This document shows, in pieces, positions 46,501 to 54,600 of a stretch of DNA of 64,000 nucleotides. The notes beneath the pieces were generated by a model. The model saw only the letters and a program-made list of their open reading frames with translations. It ran no database searches and had not been told where the DNA came from. The stretch is from Mobula birostris (Eukaryota). Within the stretch, counting starts at the first letter, position 1, and the number at the start of each line of letters is the position of its first letter. The DNA is taken from assembly GCF_030028105.1 (NCBI RefSeq), contig NC_092377.1:3601079-3665078 (forward strand), in the 5' to 3' direction. The position numbers and the translations under genes were made by a program.

Positions 46501-48675
46501 ATTGTCAACAGTTTTGGGCCCCATATCTCAGAAAGGGTGTGTTGTCGTTGGAGACAGTCCAGAGGAGGTTCATGAAGATGATTCCAGGATTGAAGGATTT
46601 CACATGAGGAGCGTTTGGCAGATTAGGTCCTGTACTCACTGGAATTTAGAAGAATGCAGCGGGATCTCATTGAAACGTATTGAATGTTGAAAGGACTAGA
46701 CAAGGTGGATGTGGAGAGGATGTTTCCTATGGTGGGGGTATCCAGAACTAGAGAGCACAAGCTTTGAGGGGCACCTTCTAAAACACAGGTAAGGAGAAAT
46801 TTCTTTAGCCGGAGGGTATTGAATCTATGGAACGCTCTGCCACAGACTGTGGTGGAGGTCAAGTCCGTGGGTCCATGGGATTTCTGCACATCTCAGTTCT
46901 AAATGGACATCCTTCAATCCTGAAGTCGTGCCCTCTTGTCCTAGAATCCCCTACATGGGAAATAACTTTGCCATATCTAATCTGTTTAGGACTTATAACA
47001 TTTGGAATGTTTCTATGAGATCCCCCCTCATTCTCCTGAACTCCAGGGAATACAGCCCAAAAGCTGCCAGACGTTCTTTATATTGTAACCCTTTCATTTC
47101 TGGAATCATTCTCGTGAATCTTCTCTGAACCCTCTCCAATGTCAGTATATCCTTTCTAAAATAAGGAGCCCAAAACTGCACACAATACTCCAAGTGTGGT
47201 CTCACGAGTGCCTTATAGAGTCTCAACATCACATCCCTGCTTTTATATCCTATACCTCTAGAAACGAATGCCAACATTGCATTTGCCTTCTTCACCACGG
47301 AGTCAACCTGGAGGTTAACCTTTAGGAGATCCTGCACAAGGACTCCCAAGTCCCTTTGCATCTCTGCATTTTGAATTCTCTCCCATCTAAATAATAGTCT
47401 GCCTGTTTGTTTCTTCCACCAAAGTACATGACCATATACTTTCCAACATTGTATTTCATTTACCACTTCTTTACCCATTTCCTTAAACTATCTAAGTCTC
47501 TCTGCAGGCTCTCTGTTTCCTCAACACTACCTGCTCCTCCACCTACCTCTGTATCAACCTCTGCTTTAAATATACTCAGTGACTTAACCTCCTCAGCCCC
47601 TCATGACAATGAATTCCACAGATTCACTCCCTCTGCCTGAAGGAATCCCTCCTCATCTCTGTCCTCAATGGGCATCTGTCTATTCTAAGGCCATGCCCTC
47701 TGGTCCTAGACTCCTCCACTATAGAAAACATCCTCTCTGCATCCACTTTATCCAAACCTTTTAATATTTGATAGGTTTCATTGAGATCTTCCCTCTTCTG
47801 AATTCCAGGGGGTACAGTCCCTCAGCCATCAAATGCTGCTCATACATTAACCCTTTTGTTTCCGGAATCATTCTTGTCAACCTCCTCTCGACTCTCTCCA
47901 ATGCCAGCATATTTTTTTCTTCGATAAGGAGCCAAAATCTCCTCATAATACTTTGTTTTAATCATGCCTGTAGTCCAGTCAATGTCCTGTTTTATTCAGA
48001 TGGCATCTGCTATTCCTCTGGGTGCTTTTGTTTTTCAGCACCCGAGTCCATGCAATGGCTGTCCCTCACCTTGCATTCGTCTATTCACAGGACACGGACG
48101 TCACTGGCAATACCAGCATTTATCCTCTTTCCCTGATTAACCCTGAACTCAGGAGCCAGTGAATAATCATCCACTTTGATCAGTTAAAAAAATCAGTTTG
48201 TCCCACTCGTTATTCTGCAGCAGAAGCTAACAGGCGTTTTTATGAAACTGAGGACATGGTGTCATCGTTATCTGTAGATGTTGATACAGAGACGTGACTA
48301 GAAAAACAACCAACACGAAGTACTCACTGGTCACATTCAGCTGGGTTCCATTTCCAAAGACTGTCCCCCAAATGCCACAGATGTAAAGTTTAGAGTCGGT
48401 GACCTTCACCTTGCTGATGGTCAGTGAGTAGCTGTTCGTGGTGACATTCCTGGAAAGCTGAAATCGATTGGTGAAGTCCCCTGATCTGTAAACTCGGCCA
48501 TCAGCGTAAAGACTAAGTGCAATTTTTTCGCGTGAGTTGTACCAGTGTACATCGTATTTCTCCACAGTGTAATCCACGTTGTCACTCTCCAGGACACACT
48601 GTATCAGCACCGTTCCACCTTCACGCACCTTCACAACTCCTGGTGATTGGATCAGGACTGTTCCTGCATTTACAC
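16412..48675 (-). CDS. Spliced gene, 5'-partial: type I membrane receptor with four VJ-type Ig domains, TM and an ITSM/ITIM/ITSM tail; join(48328..48675,41052..41396,38941..39288,32270..32614,28968..29112,20742..20785,18516..18559,16412..16525)
   Basis: Eight exons with canonical AG/GT boundaries. Phases chain without a break (1-1,1-1,1-1,1-1,1-2,2-1,1-0,0-stop). The 1733 coding nt give 577 aa with no internal stop, in domain order V-V-V-V-TM-cytoplasmic. Confidence 0.88.
17840..18300 (-). mobile_element. Rex1/Babar-type LINE 3' fragment
   Basis: QLPSIKDI..ERCWNRASNIMKDPTHPAHGLF..PSGRR, a typical Rex1 C-terminus, plus a short-repeat tail. Confidence 0.7.
18516..18559 (-). CDS. Cytoplasmic exon 2 (AETEVNTQAATNVTA)
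   Basis: Acceptor cattttatttcag, donor gtaagt, 44 nt, phase 1-0, in non-repeat sequence. Confidence 0.8.
18790..19860 (-). mobile_element. CR1 fragments
   Basis: AWERAQRRFTRMIP and RARGLTGRIRTWVEHWL motifs. Confidence 0.75.
20742..20785 (-). CDS. Cytoplasmic exon 1 (GCSTEDLNTVYATVT) with ITSM-like TVYATV
   Basis: Acceptor ctatttacccag, donor gtaaaa, 44 nt, phase 2-1, which exactly bridges the TM exon and the next exon. Confidence 0.8.
20829..21635 (-). mobile_element. CR1 3' fragment
   Basis: EFNPDKCEVVH, VRPHLEYCVQFWSP and a (CATAGAA) tail. Confidence 0.85.
22330..22592 (+). mobile_element. tRNA-derived V-SINE (HE1-like)
   Basis: B-box GGTTCAATTCCC, central CTCCAGGTGCTCC..CCTCCCACAGTCCAAAGAC domain, AATAAATAAATA tail. 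Confidence 0.75.
23501..23757 (+). mobile_element. tRNA-derived V-SINE inserted in a Rex1 fragment
   Basis: A-box GTAGTGTAGTGG, B-box GGTTCAATTCCC and V-domain. Flanked on both sides by Rex1-like sequence (about 23400-24095). Confidence 0.78.
24217..26618 (-). mobile_element. Young CR1 LINE, EN C-terminus to 3' tail
   Basis: 634-aa ORF 24399..26303, upstream LDLVLGNEP/DSDH endonuclease motifs, (AACATAG) tail. Same subfamily as 1822-3250. Confidence 0.95.
26877..27658. mobile_element. Possible solo LTR
   Basis: TGTAATG...GCTTGCA termini, internal CCAAT box, non-coding. No matching TSD found. Confidence 0.35.
28968..29112 (-). CDS. Transmembrane exon (ADEGGSSK-VLASILVSILVLVLLFCILVTTICYV-KKWACFQQRLKPE)
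   Basis: Acceptor tttgctatttttcag, donor gtaagt, 145 nt, phase 1-2. A 26-residue uncharged hydrophobic run followed by a KK stop-transfer motif. Confidence 0.9.
31030..31675 (-). mobile_element. CR1 RT fragment
   Basis: NYRPVSL, PQGSVLGPLLF and FADD motifs across frameshifts. Confidence 0.85.
31685..31903 (-). mobile_element. V-SINE
   Basis: Reverse complement shows GTGTAGTGGTTAGCAC, a B-box-like motif and the V-domain shared with the 22330 and 23501 copies. Confidence 0.72.
32270..32614 (-). CDS. Exon V4: VJ-type Ig domain (ANPPVLIQSP...LWC...HWYRRLPGQDMEW...DSADYYCRVWGDISGNGSRLIVI)
   Basis: Acceptor ttttccctttacag, donor gtaagt, 345 nt, phase 1-1. 71/114 aa identical to V2 by hand count. 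Confidence 0.93.
32990..33790. mobile_element. Rex1/Babar fragments in both orientations
   Basis: IPSGRRYRSLKSHTTTFKNNYFP (minus) and WYGSCKASDRKTLQRIVKTA (plus). Confidence 0.65.
34524..34561 (-). ncRNA. Minimal hammerhead ribozyme motif, G12 mutated to A
   Basis: TAGTC-CTGACGA-A-GGG-TCTCGG-CCC-AAAAC-GTC-GACTG. Confidence 0.6.
35208..35245 (+). ncRNA. Minimal hammerhead ribozyme motif, G8 mutated to A
   Basis: TAGTC-CTGACAA-A-GGG-TCTCGG-CCC-GAAAC-GTC-GACTG. Confidence 0.6.
35480..38805 (+). mobile_element. Long CR1 LINE (ORF1 esterase end, APE endonuclease, RT, tail), frameshifted
   Basis: DGLHLNPRGTNILA, ITETW, MGDFNFPNIDW, FADD and a TTTTCTATGTTTCTATG tail. Confidence 0.93.
38941..39288 (-). 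CDS. Exon V3: VJ-type Ig domain (PADDPVLVQDPP...LHC...HWYHQRPG...DTAVYNCRVWSYIYGGGTQLNVT)
   Basis: Acceptor acacacag (weak pyrimidine tract), donor gtaagt, 348 nt, phase 1-1, V-set hallmarks present. Confidence 0.9.
40020..40440 (+). mobile_element. R4-clade (Dong/Rex6-like) non-LTR 3' fragment with restriction-like endonuclease
   Basis: IHNNCPDI ... TYLVDIAIPNTQNLQKSVSEK ... EIERLWNMNRVYIVPVVISTIG matches the PD..D..EK RLE pattern. Stops and frameshifts present. Confidence 0.7.
41052..41396 (-). CDS. Exon V2: VJ-type Ig domain (ADVPVLIQSP...LWC...HWYRKLPGQDMEW...DSAVYYCSVWGDINGNGTQLIVT)
   Basis: Acceptor tctcccttacag, donor gtgagt, 345 nt, phase 1-1, all V-set hallmark residues present. 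Confidence 0.93.
41800..41965. mobile_element. Possible Tc1/mariner (Tigger-like) terminal fragment
   Basis: TA followed by CAGTAGATTC and repeated TTGGGACA subterminal motifs. No second TIR seen. Confidence 0.35.
41970..43990. mobile_element. Interleaved CR1 fragments, both strands
   Basis: ORFs 42060..42590, 42768..43091 and 43124..43495 with CR1 RT and C-terminal motifs. Confidence 0.8.
44200..46860 (+). mobile_element. Degenerate CR1 ORF2 (EN + RT)
   Basis: VMGEFN, KSPGPDG, GVPQGSVLGP and FAGD motifs with many stops. Confidence 0.88.
46870..47930 (-). mobile_element. CR1 3' fragments
   Basis: ALVRPHLEYCVQFWAP and ERVERRLTRMIP motifs. Confidence 0.82.
48328..48675 (-). CDS. Exon V1: VJ-type Ig domain (GVNAGTVLIQSP...C..HWY...YICGIWGTVFGNGTQLNVT)
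   Basis: Acceptor tgcccacag, donor gtgagt, 348 nt, phase 1-1. Canonical B-strand Cys, C-strand Trp, D-x-x-x-Y-x-C and FGxG. GVNA resembles the end of a split leader. Confidence 0.93.
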
Positions 48676-49548
48676 CTGTGGGCAGTAAACAACTGAAGGT
48701 CAGGGCAGATAAAGAACCGCCAAAAACCATCATAATAATTTGAAACCAAAGGCACCATATTAATGAATATTTTGCACATTGAATATCAATTTGCAGTCAA
48801 ATTCTTTCCATCCTGAACTCAGTTCTTTCACTTTGTTCTGAAACAACCAACAATCTCCTGGTTGCTGCGGCCAGCACAAAAGTAGAAAGATTACCCCCCG
48901 GCGGTCCTACAGAAACGGAAGGAATATTCCGAAGCGAAACGAATATTAAAGCAAGAAAAGATTAAATTCCCAACCCCTGTACCCTGCTAAACTGAAGGTG
49001 CTTTACGAAGGAGGGATACAGCTATATCAGACGGTGGAAGAGGCGACTACAGACACGAACAACGGAGGGTTGCCCGTTAGTGTGATCAGACCGAGGGAAA
49101 GCTTGGCTGAGCAGTTATCCCGATCTGCTTGGGAAATAGAAAGAGAACCGAGAAAGCAGGGGACGGGAGGAGGACGAGAGAAGGATATTAGGAAAAGACT
49201 ATCTCCGAGGGCAGCCCTCACCTCCTCCAGAAGAACCATAAGGATTGGCTAACTTTAAAAGTGCTGATAAACTAAACGGAAGCAAAAATAGACAGTGATA
49301 TTCCTATCTCAAGAAATACGTATTATAATGTGGATTTTATATTAATCAATTTTTTAAATTAATTCACTCACTCCCTTTTCCCCACCTAAATGAGAATATA
49401 TACATGGGAGGAATACACAGGGAAATCATTTCTGTGTAATGGACATAGATTTTTTTAAACTTACTTTTATAGGTACTGCAGCGGGGCCCCTCAACTCACT
49501 GGTAGGAGGGGCTATGTTTCTTCTAGCTCAACCCAGGGTCATCTAGTG

Positions 49549-50912
49549 CAGGGGTCCCCAACCTTTTTTGCACTGCAGACCGGTTTCATATTGACAATAT
49601 TCTTGCAGACCGGCCGACCCAGTGGGGAGGGGACGGGAGTAGTGTTGCCAACGGCCAAGAGTAGCAGTCAAATACGTTGGGTTTACTCCTAGAAAGACTA
49701 CAACGACCACGAAGCCTTGCGCGGGCACCAGTGCGCATGTGTGTACATGTTGCTATTTTGCTGCAAATCGTTTTTGGCGATTCTGCTTGGGGGGGCGGGG
49801 TGTTGTTAATCCCGACCGGAATATAGGTGATAAGTGGCTAATACACTCAATTTTGTTTCTAAAAGGGTTTATCTAACGAATTTAATATTAAACACACAGC
49901 GCATATGGTCCTCGCACGACTATAGTGATAAGTCAATTATCAGGGGAGGACAGGGGCTTGAAGTAAGTGTTGAACGAACTTCCAGTAGAAGTGGTAGGGG
50001 CAGGTTCGATATTATCATTTAAAGAAAAAATTGGATCGGTAGATGGACAGGAAAGGAATGGAGGGTTATGGGCTGAGTGCAGGTCGGCAGGACTAGGTGA
50101 GAGTAGCGTTCGGCACGGACTAGAAGGGCAGAGATGGCCTGTTTCCGTGCTGTAATTGTTATATGGTTATATAAGTCAATAGCATCATAACATTTTAAGT
50201 ATATTTTCCCCGTATGAACACATAAAATCATTGCAACACACCAATATCGCTGAATCAGTGGGAGCCCTGGGCTTGTTTCCCTGCATCAAGACGGTGCCAT
50301 CGAGGGGTGATGGGAGACAGCGATACTCGAGGGGGTTCCTTATGTCAAGTCTATTCCGCAATTTAGTTTTCGTTGCATTCATTGCAGAGATACGCTGGTA
50401 ATGAAAGCAACGTTTTAGTGTTTCCTGACTATTTCAGGATATTCAGCTTTAACTTTGATCCAGAATGCCGGCAGAGATGTTATGTCAAACATACTTTTCA
50501 GCCCGTCGTCATTTGCAAGCTCGAGGAACATAGAACATAGAATAGTACAGCACCGTACAGGCCCTTTGGCCCACAATGTTGTGCCGACCCTCAAACCCTG
50601 CGTCCCATATAACCCCCCTTCTTAAATTCCTCCATATACCTGTCTAGTAGTCTCTTAAACTTCACTAGTGTATCTGCCTCCACCACTGACTCAGGCAGTG
50701 CATTCCACGCACCAACCACTCTCTCAAAAGGGTTGCTCTCCTTTCCGCGCTGACGTGGATGATGCGCGGGTAATGACTTCACGTGTGTTCAAGCTCAACA
50801 GTAGGTGTGACAGGGAATGAGGAAAGGTACAGCTGACTCATATCGCCAAATCATATCGTTTCCTCGCGGCCTGGTAGCACATGCTTTGCGGCCCAGTGGT
50901 TGGAGACCACTG
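49549..50912 (-). mobile_element. hAT-Charlie non-autonomous deletion derivative
   Basis: TIRs CAGGGGTCCCCAACC / GGTTGGAGACCACTG; 8-bp TSD ATCTAGTG / ATCTAGAG; transposase C-terminus LELANDDGLK..FWIKVKAEYP..KTKLRNRLD..KQAQGSH*. Contains CR1 tails. Confidence 0.88.
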
Positions 50913-52255
50913 ATCTAGAGTCCCCAGCCTTCGTTAACTTTTTTAAAATTATTCACGTTTCTTGGTTCTTATTTGTTCAGGGAGTAGATTGTTTAAGTTA
51001 TATTCTGCAAATTTCAATGATATATTAACAGATAAATACACATGGCTAAGGACAATGTAAAATTCATTTCTTTTAATGTCAATGGGCTGTTAAATCCAAT
51101 CAAATGCAGTGAAATTCTATCAAAAATGAAAAAAAGAACAAGCCCATGTAGTATATTTACAGAAAACTCACAAGTGATAATGAGCATGGAAAATTAAAGA
51201 GAATGAGCTTCACTAATTTGTTTTTCTCCTCATATAAATCGGGACATAGAAGAGGAGTTGCTATTCTCATCTCAAGCAAGCTAAATTTTGGAAATGGGAG
51301 ATAAGGAGGGCAGATATATTCTGGTAACGGGGAATATAGACGGAAATCCAGTTCCTTTATTGAACACGCCCAAGAAGTGATATTAGTTTCTTCCAGAAAA
51401 TTACTAATATTAATAATGGAAACAGAAGGTCTCTTGATATGTGGGGTAGACTTAAATTTACAATTACAACCAAAGTTAGACTCTTCCAATAGGAAAACTT
51501 ATGAAACAAAGTCCTTACATAAGAAAGTTAACACTCTTTTTGAGGATGTTGGTCTAATTGATATATGGAGGGACTTTTTTCCTGACAGAAGGGATTACAC
51601 TCATTATTCTGCCCCCCCATTCCGTATATACAAGAATAGATTATTTCATAACATTTGGAAAAGATAGAGACAAAATAATCACATGTGGAATTGGGACAAT
51701 AGATGTAAGTGACCATGCACCTATATATTTATCTGTTGATTTTGACCTACAATCAAAGAATACTATTTGAAACTAAATTCAAATCTACTCAATGATCCCT
51801 ATTTTAAGAAACAAATTAAAAAAGAAATTGGTCTTTACTTAGAATTCAATGATAATGGAGAGGTTTCACCTCCTATTCTATGAGATACTCTGAAGGCTGT
51901 CTTAAGAAGGAAAATTATAGCGATATCTTCATATAAGAAAAAAAATAAGGAATAAAATATTAGAGGAATTACAATATAAGCTGAAGGAACTAGAAAAAAA
52001 CACAAACTGAATTTGGCACACTAGAGGAAATTAAAAAAAAATTAGGAATGAAATTAGTAGTTTGGCCACACAAGAAATTAGAAAAAAATTAATGTTTCTG
52101 AAACAGAGAGACTATGAAAGTGGATCTAAATCTATAAAAATACTGGTGTGGAAACTGAAAAAAAAGATAGCAGAAAATACAATTCATAGAATTAGGGACC
52201 CAAGAAGAAAAGTGATAAAAAATAAGCTAAGTGAAATTCAAGAAGCTTTTGAAAT

Positions 52256-52773
52256 CGCAAACAACAGGAATTCTGCAGATGCTGGAAATTCAAGCAACAC
52301 ACATAAAAGTTGCTGGTGAATGCAATACGCCAGGCAGCATCTGTAGGAAGAGGTGCAGTCGACGTTTCGGGCCGAGACCCTTCGTCAGGACTAACTGAAG
52401 GAAGAGTGAGTAAGGGATTTGAAAGTTGGAGGGGGAGGGGGAGATCCAAAATGATAGAAGACAGGAGGGGGAGGGATGGAGCCAAGAGCTGGACAGGTGA
52501 TTGGCAAAAGGGATACGAGAGGATCATGGGACAGGAGGTCCGGGAAGAAAGACAAGTGGGGGGGGACCCAGAGGATGGGCAAGGGGTATATTCAGAGGGA
52601 CAGAGGGAGAAAAAGGAGAGTGAGAGAAAGAATGTGTGTATAAAAATAAGTAACAGATGGGGTACAAGGGGGAGGTGGGGCATTAGCGGAAGTTAGAGAA
52701 GTCGATGTTCATGCCATCAGGTTGGAGGCTACCCAGACAAAATATAAGGTGTTGTTCCTCCAACCTGAGTGTG
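52256..52773 (-). mobile_element. Penelope-like element end inserted in L1 ORF2
   Basis: Homologous to the 34465 element. Flanking 11-bp direct repeat GCTTTTGAAAT (52245-52255, 52774-52784). Confidence 0.82.
52356..52393 (-). ncRNA. Minimal hammerhead ribozyme motif with intact core
   Basis: TAGTC-CTGACGA-A-GGG-TCTCGG-CCC-GAAAC-GTC-GACTG: stem I UAGUC/GACUG, stem II GGG/CCC, palindromic ACGU in place of stem III, GUC cleavage triplet. Confidence 0.7.
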
Positions 52774-53625
52774 GCTTTTGAAATGTTTTACAAAACTCCA
52801 TATTCCGAAGTTCCAGGGGGAAGCATAGCCCAGATTGACACCTTCCTGAATTCTTTAGAGTTACCCACTTTAAGCAAAGAACAAAACAAAACGATGACTG
52901 CTAACATAACAAGCTGAACTAAAAAAATGCAATTAGTCGGCTTAAATTAAGCAAGTCACCAGGATCAGATGGATATACCGCAGAGTGGTATAAAGAATTT
53001 AGAAATAAATTAATTCCTGTTTTACTCCCCACACTGAACTGGGCTCTAAGAAAGGTGCAAATGCCACCCAGCTGGAAGGAGGTGATAATCTCAGCTATAC
53101 CGAAAGAAGGCAAGGATAAAATGGAATGTGGGTCATTTAGACCAATATCTGTTCTTAATGTGGATTATAGATTATTTACCTCCATCATGGCCAAACGATT
53201 AGTAGAGTTTCTACCCACACTGATACATAATGATCAGACAGGTTTTATAAAACAATGCCAAACACAAGACAATATATGAAGGACACTTCACATTATGGAT
53301 CATATAAAAAATTAAATTGAAACAATAGTGATAAGCATAGATGCTGAAAAGGCATTTGATTCGGTTAATTGGAATTTTCTTTACAGAATTTTACATAGAT
53401 TTGGTCTACGTGACACAATTATTAAAACTATACAGGCACTATATGACAATCATATAGATTAAAATCAGTGGATACTTATCTAATAGTTTTACCCAAGAAA
53501 GGGGCACAAGACAGGGTTGTACATGGTCACTGCTACTCTTCGTATTATATCTGGAACCATTTGCTCAATACATCAGACAAAATGAAGATATCAGGGGAAT
53601 TACTATTAAAGGGACAGAGCATAAA

Positions 53626-54600
53626 GGGATTAGCAGCACTGGGGCTCCACAGGGGACTGTCTTGTCTCCCTTTCTCTTCACCATTTACACCTCGGACTTC
53701 AACTACTGCATAGAGTCTTGTCATCTTCAGAAGTTTTCTGATGACTCTGCCATAGTTGGATGCATCAGCAAGGGAGATGAGACTGAGTACAGGGGTACGG
53801 TAGGAAACTTTATCACATGGTGCGAGCAGAATTATCTGCAGTTTAATGTGAAAAGACTAAGGAGCTGGTGGTAGACCTGAGGAGAGCTAAGGTACCGGTG
53901 ACCCCTGTTTCCATCCAAGGGGTCAGTGTGGACATGGTGGAGGATTACAAATACCTGGGGATACGAATTGACAATAAACTGGACTGGTCAAAGAACACTG
54001 AGGCTGTCTACAAGAAGGGTCAGAGCCGTCTCTATTTCCTGAGGAGACTGAGGTCCTTTAACATCTGACGGACGATGCTGAGGATGTTCCACGAGTCTGT
54101 GGTGACCAGTGCTATCATGTTTGCTGTTGTGTGCTGGGGCGGCAGGCTGAGGGTAGCAGACACCAACAGAATCAACAAACTCATTCGTAAGGCCAGTGAC
54201 GTTGTGGGGATGGAACTGGACTCTCTGACGGTGGTGTCTGAAAAGAGGATGCTGTCCAAGTTGCATGCCATCTTAGACAATGTCTCCCATCCACTACATA
54301 ATGTACTGGTTGGGCACAGGAGTACATTCAGCCAGAGACTCATTCCACTGAGATGCAACACAGGGCGTCATAGGAAGTCATTCCTGCCTGTGGCCATCAA
54401 ACTTTACAACTCCTCCCTTGGAGGGTCAGACACCCTGAGCCAATAGGCTGGTCCTGGACTTATTTCCTGGCATAATTTACATATTACTATTTAACTATTT
54501 ATGGTTTTATTACTATTTATTATTTATGGTGCAACTGTAACGAAAACCAATTTCCCCCAGGATCAATAAAGTATGACTATGACAATGAGTATGACTATGA
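53626..54600 (+). mobile_element. Rex1/Babar LINE, 5'-truncated, inserted in the L1 RT
   Basis: [18 protein letters not shown], (TATGAC)n tail. 6-bp TSD CATAAA. The host frame rejoins as IKGTEHK|LACYVDD. Confidence 0.88.

Noticed and set aside
40945-48570. CACAGTG heptamers in or near V exons (about 48563, 41122, 40946)
   Set aside because: No ACAAAAACC-like nonamer at 12 or 23 nt, and the positions are mid-domain or intronic; chance matches.
32241-48733. Rearranging TCR/Ig V-segment cluster
   Set aside because: Each V already includes a J-type G strand and a splice donor. There is no RSS at the expected position, no D, J or C segments, and the exons splice in frame to a TM and ITIM tail.
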